A stretch of DNA of 64,000 bases. Source: Clostridia bacterium. Lineage in GTDB: Bacteria; Bacillota; Clostridia; UMGS1883. The notes beneath the pieces are model-generated. The model did not search any database. It was not told the origin of the DNA and worked only from the letters and a program-made list of their open reading frames with translations. This document shows, in pieces, positions 51,720 through 60,597 of this stretch. A program made the translations under genes and the position numbers. Each line of letters begins with the position of its first letter. The first letter of the stretch is position 1. The stretch is from the NCBI GenBank assembly GCA_045656645.1, contig JAZORN010000081.1:490-64489 (forward strand), given 5' to 3'.

Positions 51720-54188
51720 CTATTGCAACACCTTATACCCTTGTTCCTCTATAACTGCCTTTAATGTATCAAAGGAAATTTCCTTATCACTTTTGACGAT
51801 TGCCTCTCCCTTTTCATGGCTTACAATCGCCTCTGTAACGCCGTCTGTTTCCTCAAGAATAGTTTTTACCCTCGCCTCACAATGCGGGCACATCATACCT
51901 TCAATTTTAAGTGTTGTTTCCATTTGTTTTTTCTCCTTTTTCTTATTATTAATTTTAAATAAATTCAATCTGAGTGCATTTGTTATTACGCAAACGCTTG
52001 AAAGGCTCATTGCCGCCGCACCAAACATCGGGCTGAGCCTCCACCCCATAATGGGTATCCATAGTCCTGCGGCAAGCGGAATACCGATAACATTGTAAAA
52101 GAATGCCCAGAAAAGATTTTCTTTAATATTTTTCATTGTCGCACGGCTAAGGCGCACTGCGTTTACCACGTCTGAAAGTGAGCTTTTCGTTAAAACAACA
52201 TCAGCACTCTCTATTGCGATATCAGTACCTGCACCGATTGCAATACCAATATCCGCCCTTGTAAGGGCAGGTGCATCATTAATTCCGTCACCCACCATTG
52301 CTGTGATTCCGCTTTGTTGTAGTGTGCGTATCACCTTTTCCTTACCTTCAGGCATTACATCCGAGATAACCTCATCAACACCTGCCTCTTCTGCTATTGC
52401 CATAGCAGTTTTTTTATTGTCACCCGTCAGCATTACAGTGCGTATTCCAAGTTTTTTAAGTTCTCCTATCGCCTCACGGCTATCCTCTTTAATTATATCT
52501 GCAACGGCAATTATACCAACAACCTCTGTTCCCTTTGCAAAAATCAGAGGAGTCTTCCCTTCCCCTGAAAGGGTTTGTATTTTTTCTGAAACGATTTCAT
52601 TTACCGTTATTTTTTCACTTATAAAGCGAAGGTTTCCACCGATTATTGTTTCACCTTCTATTATAGCTCCCACTCCGCTGCCCGCAAAGGTTTTGAAATC
52701 CTCTGCATTTATAAGCGGTATATTTTCCTCACTGCATTTTTTTACAATTGCCTTTGCAAGAGGATGTTCGCTCTTATATTCAAGAGAGTATGCAAGGCTT
52801 AAAAGCTCCCCTCTTTCTACCCCATCTGCAGTAATAATATCCGTTACGTGTGGCTCACCCTTTGTTATCGTTCCCGTTTTGTCAAGGGCAATAGTTCTTA
52901 TCTTCCCTGCCGTCTCTAACGCTGCTGACGTTTTAAAAAGAATTCCTTTTTTTGCGCCGACACCGCTGCCGACCATAATTGCCACGGGCGTTGCAAGACC
53001 GAGTGCACACGGACAGCTTATTACAAGCACGCAGATACCTCTTGCAAGCGAGAAGCCAAAGCTTTCCCCGCATAAAAGCCATATGATGGTTGTAGCAATT
53101 GAAATTCCTATAACTATCGGCACAAAAACGCCTGATACCTTATCGGCAATCTTTGCAATCGGTGCCTTTGTTGCAGCGGCATCGCTCACCATCTGTATAA
53201 TTTTTGAAAGGGTTGTATCACTGCCTACATTCGTAGCACGGCATTTTAAAAATCCCGACTGATTTATTGTTGCCGCTGATACTTTGTCGCCCTCTTTTTT
53301 ATCTGCGGGCAGACTTTCACCCGTCAGTGCCGATTCATTTACACTGCCTTTGCCCTCAATTACAATACCGTCGGCAGGAATGCTTTTACCTGCATTTACA
53401 ATGAATATGTCACCCTCTTTAATATCACTTGCCGAAATTACACTTTCCTTTCCGTCACGGATAACGGTTGCCGTTTTCGGCGCCAAATCCATCAGGCTTT
53501 TTATTGCATTCGTTGTTTTTCCCTTTGAATATGCTTCAAGCATTTTTCCCACAGTTATAAGGGTAAGTATCATTGCCGCACTTTCAAAATAAAATTCGTG
53601 CATATATGAATGTGCAAGCGCCATATCGCCCTTCATATGCGCATCCGTCATCATAAAAAGCGCATATACACTGTATATAAAGGATGCCGCTGAACCAAGG
53701 CTTACCAGAACATCCATATTAGGCGCACGGTGAAGCGTGCTTTTATACGCACTGATAAAAAACTTCTGATTTATTACTAATATAATGCCTGAAAGAAGCA
53801 TCTGCACAATTCCCACGGCAATAATATTATCCCTGAATATTCCAACATATTCAATACCTAAAAGCATTTTCCCCATTGAAAAATACATCAGCAAGCCTAG
53901 AAATATTACCGAAGAAACAAGACGTGACTTCATTTTTTTTAGTTCAAAGCTTCCCTCTATATCTTCATCTGAAGTACTACTTTGCTTCTCCCCCGCACGG
54001 CTTGCGCCGTAGCCTGCATCATTTACTGCCGCAATAATTGTGTTTGCATCTGCTACTCCCTCTACTATCATTGAGTTTGTGAGTAAGTTTACACTGCAGC
54101 TTGTAACACCCTCAAGCTGCGACACCGCCTTTTCCACACGCGCACTGCACGCCGCACAGCTCATTCCCGTAATATTATATTTATCCAT
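51720..54188 (-). CDS. copA: Copper-translocating P1B-type ATPase with N-terminal and C-terminal HMA domains
   Basis: GMSCAACS (N-terminal HMA), CPC in SCPCALGLATP, DKTGT, GDGINDAP, and a C-terminal GMMCPHCE HMA domain. Confidence 0.95.
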   Translation of the reverse strand: MDKYNITGMSCAACSARVEKAVSQLEGVTSCSVNLLTNSMIVEGVADANTIIAAVNDAGYGASRAGEKQSSTSDEDIEGSFELKKMKSRLVSSVIFLGLLMYFSMGKMLLGIEYVGIFRDNIIAVGIVQMLLSGIILVINQKFFISAYKSTLHRAPNMDVLVSLGSAASFIYSVYALFMMTDAHMKGDMALAHSYMHEFYFESAAMILTLITVGKMLEAYSKGKTTNAIKSLMDLAPKTATVIRDGKESVISASDIKEGDIFIVNAGKSIPADGIVIEGKGSVNESALTGESLPADKKEGDKVSAATINQSGFLKCRATNVGSDTTLSKIIQMVSDAAATKAPIAKIADKVSGVFVPIVIGISIATTIIWLLCGESFGFSLARGICVLVISCPCALGLATPVAIMVGSGVGAKKGILFKTSAALETAGKIRTIALDKTGTITKGEPHVTDIITADGVERGELLSLAYSLEYKSEHPLAKAIVKKCSEENIPLINAEDFKTFAGSGVGAIIEGETIIGGNLRFISEKITVNEIVSEKIQTLSGEGKTPLIFAKGTEVVGIIAVADIIKEDSREAIGELKKLGIRTVMLTGDNKKTAMAIAEEAGVDEVISDVMPEGKEKVIRTLQQSGITAMVGDGINDAPALTRADIGIAIGAGTDIAIESADVVLTKSSLSDVVNAVRLSRATMKNIKENLFWAFFYNVIGIPLAAGLWIPIMGWRLSPMFGAAAMSLSSVCVITNALRLNLFKINNKKKEKKQMETTLKIEGMMCPHCEARVKTILEETDGVTEAIVSHEKGEAIVKSDKEISFDTLKAVIEEQGYKVLQ

Positions 54189-54206
54189 AAATTTTCACCC
54201 CGTACC

Positions 54207-54902
54207 TCAGTTCATTTCCAAAAGCTCCTGCGCCCATTCCTTTGTCATATATTTCATATCAACCATAGCCTTAATAACCGTTTTCTGCCTCTTTTTTGCA
54301 AGGTCAGGGTTGTTATCAAGCGAATACACAGACGGTGCATTTGGTATTCCTGCAAGGAGCGTTGCCTCATAATCTGTAATTGCCAATGGCGTTTTCCCAA
54401 AATATCCCTTGCACGCATCGGCTATATTATAATAACCGCTTCCGTAATAAATAACATTGAAATAAAGCTCCAGAATTTCCTCTTTCGAAAATTCCTTTTC
54501 AAGGTTAAGTGCAATCATAACCTCTGCCACTTTACGGCTGATGGAACTATCGTGCATAAAATAAATGTTTTTTGCAAGCTGCTGCGTAATACAGCTACCC
54601 CCCTCTGAAAGAGAGCGTTTCTCAATATTTGTTTTGATTGCCCTTCCTATACCGATTATATCAACGCCCTTATGCTTATAAAACCTTCTGTCCTCAACTG
54701 CCACCATAGCATCTGTAAAGGTTTTGGAAATCTCATCAAAAGGAGTAAAGCTGTCATCACTTTTAATATTTTCTGCCGCCGTCTGTATTGTAAGTAGGCC
54801 TATAGCCTGCTTGTACTTTCCGTAGCCAAGTGCGGCAACTACCATTACAGCTATAAATATAATAAGAAAAATAAAGCTAAATATCTTTTTAATAAATCTC
54901 AC
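54207..54902 (-). CDS. Monofunctional peptidoglycan glycosyltransferase (GT51)
   Basis: An N-terminal TM helix, then AVEDRRFYKHKGVD and GGSCITQQLAKN. The GTG start overlaps the AraC stop (GTGA) and lies 8 nt after AAGGAGG. Confidence 0.85.
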   Translation of the reverse strand: MRFIKKIFSFIFLIIFIAVMVVAALGYGKYKQAIGLLTIQTAAENIKSDDSFTPFDEISKTFTDAMVAVEDRRFYKHKGVDIIGIGRAIKTNIEKRSLSEGGSCITQQLAKNIYFMHDSSISRKVAEVMIALNLEKEFSKEEILELYFNVIYYGSGYYNIADACKGYFGKTPLAITDYEATLLAGIPNAPSVYSLDNNPDLAKKRQKTVIKAMVDMKYMTKEWAQELLEMN

Positions 54903-55708
54903 TTCTGCTCCCTCCTTTTTCTGCGAACTTCACCGGGGGAAAGTCCCCTTACACTTTTAAATACTGCCGCAAAATAACTGCTTGAGTTAAAGCCGCAATC
55001 CTGCGCGATCTGTGTCACGGGCAGCTTTGTTGTGACGAGCATTTTTTCCGCATTTTTTACACGCACCGTAGAAATATATTCATTCACGCCAAAGCCCGTA
55101 TACATTTTAAACTGACGTGAAAAATGGCTTTCGCTAAGACCAAATCCCCTCGCAAGCTGACTAAGGGTAAGCTCTGATGCGTAATTATCCGAAATATACC
55201 TTACCGCATTTTGTATTATGGAGTTATTTGGTGAAAGCTCCTCTCTCAGGTTTTCATCTGCAAGGCGGTTAAGCTTTATGAGGATTTCACGTATATATCC
55301 TGCCACCAAATCTTCACAGTAGCGGTCATTTCTTATACATTCTGCTTCTGCCTTTTCCACAAGCTCCCTCACGGGGGCGTCCTTAAAGTGAATTGCTTTA
55401 AAGCAGGAAAATATTCTGTCACCCTGCGGATACATTACAAATTCATTTGTAAATGCTATTACCACTCTTTCCGCGCCCTGATTTTTAAGGGTTGCCGTCT
55501 TGTGTATTATGTGGGGGGCAATTAAAACAACGTCACCCTCATTAAGGTCAAAAATTTTATCGCCGATAAAATAACGCACACTTCCCTTTGCCAGAAAATA
55601 TATTTCGTAATGGTCGTGATAGTGGGCATCAATCATATTATATGCCCCTGCACGTTTTTCCCTTGTAACGGTAAAATTTTGTATAACCTCATTAATTGCA
55701 AGGCTCAC
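54899..55708 (-). CDS. AraC-family transcriptional regulator (cupin plus HTH), divergent from uxaBA
   Basis: Cupin motif HYHDHYEIYF and a C-terminal AraC HTH (LSQLARGFGLSESHFSRQFK ... FNSSSYFAAVFK). Confidence 0.85.
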   Translation of the reverse strand: MSLAINEVIQNFTVTREKRAGAYNMIDAHYHDHYEIYFLAKGSVRYFIGDKIFDLNEGDVVLIAPHIIHKTATLKNQGAERVVIAFTNEFVMYPQGDRIFSCFKAIHFKDAPVRELVEKAEAECIRNDRYCEDLVAGYIREILIKLNRLADENLREELSPNNSIIQNAVRYISDNYASELTLSQLARGFGLSESHFSRQFKMYTGFGVNEYISTVRVKNAEKMLVTTKLPVTQIAQDCGFNSSSYFAAVFKSVRGLSPGEVRRKRREQK

Positions 55709-55817
55709 TCTGCTCCCCCTCCTTTTATATTTTTCTTCTTTATATTAATATATCAGCTATTAAAGCGTATTTCAAGCAAAAAATTGATATTTCATCACAA
55801 AAATAGCAAAAATTTAA

Positions 55818-55846
55818 TTGAAACTGACAAAATTTTGACATATACT
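55818..55846 (+). promoter_or_regulatory. Candidate sigma-A promoter for uxaB-uxaA
   Basis: TTGAAA (55818-55823), 17 nt, TATACT (55841-55846). Confidence 0.45.
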
Positions 55847-55876
55847 CAAATTAATAACATTCAAGGAGGAATAACT

Positions 55877-57145
55877 ATGTATTCAGAAAAAATTATACAG
55901 TTCGGCGAAGGCGGATTTTTACGCGGATTTGTTGACTGGATGCTTCAGATTGTAAATGAAAAAACAGATTTCGAGGGAAAGGTTGTTGTTGTTCAGCCTA
56001 TCGAAAACGGTATGTGCGATATGCTTACAGCACAGGATTGCAAATACACACACATCTGCCGTGGCAGTGAGGGTGTTGATACAAGGAAAATTGACGTTAT
56101 ATCCCGTTGTGTAAAGCCTTATGAGGATTATAATGCTTACCTTGCTCTTGCAGAAAATCCCTCTTTCCGTTTTATTGTATCAAATACTACCGAGGCGGGT
56201 ATTTCATTTAATGAAAATGATAAATTTACCGATACTCCCCCCGTTTCATTCCCTGCAAAGGTTACACAGCTTCTTAAAAAGCGTTTTGAAATGGGACTTG
56301 ACGGCTTTGTATTTTTACCGTGTGAGCTTATTGATAAAAATGGTGAAACATTAAAAAATGTTATTCTTCAGTATGCAAAGCTCTGGGATTTGGGTGAAGA
56401 TTTCATAGCCTGGGTACAGGATAAAAATATTTTCTGCAACACACTTGTTGACAGAATTAACACGGGCTTTCCGAGAGATGAAAAAATCGACCTCGGTTAT
56501 GAGGATAATATGCTCAACACTTCAGAGTATTTCCACCTTTGGGTTATCGACGGATATAAGGACCTTTGCAGTGAAATTCCCTTTGATAAATGCGACCTTA
56601 ACGTAATTATCACAGATAATCTTGCAATGTACCGCACAAGAAAGGTGCGTATTCTTAACGGTGCACACACATCACTTGTTCCGTACGCACTTTTAGAGGG
56701 CTTTGACACTGTTAAATCCTGTGTTGATGATGAAAAAATGCTTTCACACATTAAAAAATGTGTGTATGATGAAATTATCCCCACTCTCGACCTTCCAAAG
56801 GAGGAGCTTATTGAGTATGCCGATAATGTTATCACACGTTTTTCAAACCCGTACATAAAGCACTACCTTTCTTCAATTGCACTTAACTCAGTAAGTAAAT
56901 TCAAGGTGCGTGTTCTTCCGTCAATCCTTGAATATATAAAGAGATTTGATAAGATGCCCGAAACACTTATCTTCTCTTTTGCAAAGCTTATTGATTTTTA
57001 CAGAACTGATATGACAAATGACGATAAAGACGTTTGCGATTTTATGAAGACTGCATCTGTGGAGGAAATTCTTGCAAACAAAGCTTTGTGGGATGAAGAC
57101 CTCACTTTCCTTTGCGAGGAGGTAAAAAAATATGTTAATAAATGA
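55877..57145 (+). CDS. uxaB: Tagaturonate reductase (altronate oxidoreductase)
   Basis: IIQFGEGGFLRGFVDWM parallels the E. coli UxaB N-terminus. The ATG at 55877 follows AAGGAGGA. The track N-terminus (55610-55876) overlaps the divergent AraC gene. Confidence 0.85.
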   Translation: MYSEKIIQFGEGGFLRGFVDWMLQIVNEKTDFEGKVVVVQPIENGMCDMLTAQDCKYTHICRGSEGVDTRKIDVISRCVKPYEDYNAYLALAENPSFRFIVSNTTEAGISFNENDKFTDTPPVSFPAKVTQLLKKRFEMGLDGFVFLPCELIDKNGETLKNVILQYAKLWDLGEDFIAWVQDKNIFCNTLVDRINTGFPRDEKIDLGYEDNMLNTSEYFHLWVIDGYKDLCSEIPFDKCDLNVIITDNLAMYRTRKVRILNGAHTSLVPYALLEGFDTVKSCVDDEKMLSHIKKCVYDEIIPTLDLPKEELIEYADNVITRFSNPYIKHYLSSIALNSVSKFKVRVLPSILEYIKRFDKMPETLIFSFAKLIDFYRTDMTNDDKDVCDFMKTASVEEILANKALWDEDLTFLCEEVKKYVNK

Positions 57146-58502
57146 GCTTGATAACGTAATTGTAAATCTTGAAGACGGGCATAAATATGCACGCTTTGAC
57201 ATTAAAAGCGGTGAAAACATTATTAAATACGGTCAGCCTATCGGTCACGCAATTTGCGACATTAAGAAGGATGAACACGTCCATACACATAATATGAAAA
57301 CAAACCTTTCAGGCGAGCTTGAGTACACATATGAGCCTGGCGAGGTTAAAAATGATAAAATTACAACTGACCGTACCTTTATGGGTTACAGACGCACTGA
57401 TGGCAGTGTGGGAATCAGAAATGATGTATGGATTATCCCTACAGTCGGCTGTGTAAACAGTCAGGCAAAGCTTATCGCTGAAAAGACAGGTGCAAAGGCA
57501 TTTACACATCCTTTCGGTTGTTCACAGCTTGGCGATGACCACTCTACAACTCAGCTTGTACTCAAAGGCCTTGTTAACCATCCCAATGCAGGCGGTGTGC
57601 TTGTTTTAGGTCTTGGTTGTGAAAATAATTATATTGACCAGTTTAAAACAGTTCTCGGCACTTGGGATGATGAGCGTGTCAAATTCCTCAACGCACAGGA
57701 CTGCGGTGACGAAATTGAGGACGGAATAAAAATCGTAAAGGAGCTTCAGGAAAAAGCGGCTCTTATCCCCCGTACCCCCATCAGCATTTCAGAGCTTAAG
57801 ATAGGTCTTAAATGCGGAGGCAGTGACGGCTACAGCGGAATTACTGCAAACCCGCTTGTAGGCAGACTTTCAGATTTGTTAATTTCAATGGGCGGCTCCT
57901 GCGTTCTTACCGAGGTTCCCGAAATGTTCGGTGCAGAGCACCTTTTGATGAAACGCTGTAAGAACCGTGAAATTTTTGACAAAACAGTTTCACTTATAAA
58001 TAATTTCAAGCAGTATTTTATCCGTCACAATCAGGTTGTATATGAAAACCCCTCCCCCGGAAATAAGGCGGGCGGTATCACAACACTTGAGGAAAAGTCA
58101 CTCGGTTGTGTGCAGAAGGGCGGTCTTTCAGAGGTTGTTGACGTTCTTGATTACGGCGATATGCTTAAGGAAAACGGTCTTTCACTCCTTAACGGACCGG
58201 GAAATGACATTGTTGCAGTTACAAACCTTACTGCGTGCGGTGTACATATGATTTTATTTACTACGGGCAGAGGAACACCTCTCGGCGCACCCGTTCCCAC
58301 AATCAAGATTGCAACAAACCATTCCCTGGCCCAGAAAAAGGCGAACTGGATTGACTTTGATGCAAGTCCTCTTCTTGACGGCATAGACCCGACAGAGGCG
58401 CTTCTTGACTACTGCATAGACATTGCAAACGGAAAACAGGCTAAAAACGAAATTAATAAATGCGAGGAAATCTCAATATTTAAGGATGGAGTAGTTCTCT
58501 AA
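57132..58502 (+). CDS. uxaA: Altronate dehydratase (UxaA family)
   Basis: N-terminal SAF domain and a UxaA core (GLGCENN, GGSDG). Adjacent to uxaB. Confidence 0.9.
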   Translation: MLINELDNVIVNLEDGHKYARFDIKSGENIIKYGQPIGHAICDIKKDEHVHTHNMKTNLSGELEYTYEPGEVKNDKITTDRTFMGYRRTDGSVGIRNDVWIIPTVGCVNSQAKLIAEKTGAKAFTHPFGCSQLGDDHSTTQLVLKGLVNHPNAGGVLVLGLGCENNYIDQFKTVLGTWDDERVKFLNAQDCGDEIEDGIKIVKELQEKAALIPRTPISISELKIGLKCGGSDGYSGITANPLVGRLSDLLISMGGSCVLTEVPEMFGAEHLLMKRCKNREIFDKTVSLINNFKQYFIRHNQVVYENPSPGNKAGGITTLEEKSLGCVQKGGLSEVVDVLDYGDMLKENGLSLLNGPGNDIVAVTNLTACGVHMILFTTGRGTPLGAPVPTIKIATNHSLAQKKANWIDFDASPLLDGIDPTEALLDYCIDIANGKQAKNEINKCEEISIFKDGVVL

Positions 58503-58517
58503 ATTCTATATAGTTCT

Positions 58518-58557
58518 AAAAAACACTTGGCAGGAATAATCCTGCCAAGTGTTTTTT
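58518..58557 (+). terminator. Intrinsic terminator of uxaA
   Basis: AAACACTTGGCAGG-AATAAT-CCTGCCAAGTGTTT forms a perfect 14-bp stem followed by TTT. Confidence 0.85.
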
Positions 58558-58580
58558 ACCGTATAAAATTTTGCGCAACT

Positions 58581-58654
58581 TTATCGCGAGCGACATTTGT
58601 AGTATTTGAATTTTGTCGGGACGCGAAATGGGTGAAGCGACACGCTTCTTTTTT
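58581..58654 (-). repeat. Copy B (inverted) of the 74-nt dispersed repeat
   Basis: Its reverse complement matches 35536..35609 at 69 of 74 positions. The T6 end abuts the trmL stop codon. Confidence 0.85.
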
Positions 58655-59150
58655 AATCGATAATTCCATATAAGTAATCAGATTCCTTTGTAAGCGACTT
58701 AAATTCATTCTGCCTTAGTGCCTCATAAACAACTATCGCAACACTGTTTGAAAGGTTAAGACATCTTGCACTACTTATCATCGGTATACGCACCGCACGT
58801 TCGGGATTATCTATCAAAATCTTTTCGGGAAGTCCCTTTGTTTCCTTTCCAAAAAGCAGGAAATCATTATCCTGATACTCTACCTCCGTGTACGATGCAG
58901 GTGCCTTGGAGCTGAGGTAGAAAAACCGTCCGCCTCTGTTTTTCTCAAAAAAGTCATCAAGCCCCTCATAATACTGAATATTAAGAAAATGCCAGTAATC
59001 AAGCCCTGCCCTCTTTAACTTTTTATCATCAATTTCAAAGCCCATCGGCTTTACTATATGAAGCCTTGTCCCCGTTGCGGCACACGTACGTACAATATTT
59101 CCCGTGTTCTGCGGGATTTCAGGCTCTACCAATACAACATTCAAACTCAT
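58653..59150 (-). CDS. trmL: tRNA (cytidine/uridine-2'-O-)-methyltransferase TrmL (SpoU/YibK type)
   Basis: LNVVLVEPEIPQNTGNIVRTCAATG and the C-terminal knot motif LNLSNSVAIVVYE. The ATG at 59150 overlaps the upstream stop (ATGA). Confidence 0.85.
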   Translation of the reverse strand: MSLNVVLVEPEIPQNTGNIVRTCAATGTRLHIVKPMGFEIDDKKLKRAGLDYWHFLNIQYYEGLDDFFEKNRGGRFFYLSSKAPASYTEVEYQDNDFLLFGKETKGLPEKILIDNPERAVRIPMISSARCLNLSNSVAIVVYEALRQNEFKSLTKESDYLYGIID

Positions 59151-60073
59151 TTTTGCATTTCTTCCTTCATTCTGAAAAATACGCCCTCTTTTACTCCTGA
59201 TGCACAAATATATGCACAAGGGCTTCCAATCATATCCATAAGCACCTTTGCAGGTGTCACCCCTGCAAGTATTATATCGGCACGAGATATATCCATTCCT
59301 TTAATACACTTGCGGTTTTCGGGGGCAGTGTTATATATATTTTCATAAATTTTCGCAATCGCACCGTAGGGAATTTTCATCCCGTCAAGCTCCTTTGCGC
59401 TGACTGCTCTTTTTTTATAAAGCGATGCCATTGTGCGTGCACTTCCGCCTATACCGTATACGGGAAGAGACTCACACTCATCAAGCCAGTCTATACCGCC
59501 TATATACGACATAACGTATTTATAAAGCTGCATATTGGATTTATGCGCCATTTTTTCCGTCATTACAACTGCACCGAGCGGCAGACTTATACTGTGAACA
59601 ACAGATGAATTTTTAACGAGTGTAATTTCCGTACTTCCGCCACCCGTATCAAAAATCACACCGTCCTTTATTCCTATCGTTTCACGCACGGCAAGATAGC
59701 TGAAAAATGCCTCATCCTCACCGCTTATTATCTCAAACTCAATTCCTGCCGTCTTTTTAACACGCTCAATAAAAAGCTCTTTATTCGCCGCATTTCTCAG
59801 CGCCGCCGTTGCAATTGCGGCAATTGACACGCATTTATACTCCCTCGCCTTATCACAAAAGGTCTTCACCGTTTCGATAACACGTGCCATCGGCTCTTCC
59901 TTGAGGAAATTATCATTACTCATTCCCTCGCTGAGCCTCACTGTAGAGCGTAGCTTTTCAACCACCCGCCAGTTTCCGTTTTTCTCAAGCTCATTCACGC
60001 TCATTCTCACAGAATTGGAGCCAAGGTCAATAATTGCAAAATAACAACTGCTCATAAATTTCCTCTCTTTCAT
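59147..60073 (-). CDS. Ppx/GppA-family phosphatase
   Basis: ASKHA-fold motifs: IIDLGSNSVRM, DTGGGSTE, GIGGSART. Confidence 0.85.
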   Translation of the reverse strand: MKERKFMSSCYFAIIDLGSNSVRMSVNELEKNGNWRVVEKLRSTVRLSEGMSNDNFLKEEPMARVIETVKTFCDKAREYKCVSIAAIATAALRNAANKELFIERVKKTAGIEFEIISGEDEAFFSYLAVRETIGIKDGVIFDTGGGSTEITLVKNSSVVHSISLPLGAVVMTEKMAHKSNMQLYKYVMSYIGGIDWLDECESLPVYGIGGSARTMASLYKKRAVSAKELDGMKIPYGAIAKIYENIYNTAPENRKCIKGMDISRADIILAGVTPAKVLMDMIGSPCAYICASGVKEGVFFRMKEEMQK

Positions 60074-60585
60074 AAAACAATCTTGTCAATTTCCTCTGTA
60101 AGTGCATATATAAATTCACGTGTTTCTTTAACGTGCATACAAAGCTCCATTGCCTCTGTTACCTTTTCTACAAATCGGGGGGAAAGGTCTTCAAGCTTCA
60201 TTGCCGTTGCCAGAGGGCACATTCCCCTGCCCCTTGCATCCATAACAATTTTCAGCTTTTCACCACGCTGTGCGTAAGGCGTCAGTGGAAATATTCTGCA
60301 TGAAAGAGGACGTCTTTCCCTGTCGCACTGTCCCGTGCAGGTAAAAAGGTCAACACTTTTTCCTCCGTCATATGTAAAATCTATATCATATAGCTTTCCC
60401 CACTCGGGCATATCAGTGTACATCACGTTTTCATGCGGAAAAAGGTACATTCCCGTTATTTCATCAGTAACCTCGCAACACGCACCGTTGCATAATTTTC
60501 CGCAGTCTATCTCAAGCGGTGTCACATCACCTAAGATTTTATAAAGCTTTTCATAAAAAGCCTTTGCATCAATTTTTGCTTTCAT
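60070..60585 (-). CDS. YkgJ-family cysteine-cluster (CxxCxxxCC) protein
   Basis: CGKLCNGACCE followed by RPLSCRIFPL, which is typical of the UPF0153/YkgJ family. Confidence 0.6.
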   Translation of the reverse strand: MKAKIDAKAFYEKLYKILGDVTPLEIDCGKLCNGACCEVTDEITGMYLFPHENVMYTDMPEWGKLYDIDFTYDGGKSVDLFTCTGQCDRERRPLSCRIFPLTPYAQRGEKLKIVMDARGRGMCPLATAMKLEDLSPRFVEKVTEAMELCMHVKETREFIYALTEEIDKIVL

Positions 60586-60597
60586 TTTATTTCCCCT

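Noticed and set aside
52303-53262. A 319-aa plus-strand ORF, plus 101- to 110-aa neighbours, antisense to copA.
   Set aside because: It lies entirely inside a confidently identified P-type ATPase gene. It is low-complexity (S/P/I/F-rich), has no SD and carries no recognisable motif. This is a typical shadow ORF of a long gene.
35536-58654. The inverted 74-nt repeat pair as boundaries of an invertible or mobile 23-kb segment.
   Set aside because: The interval holds core genes (ftsH, dnaB, rplI, tilS) and no recombinase. The repeats are short and each looks like a self-contained terminator module. Independent insertion is more plausible.
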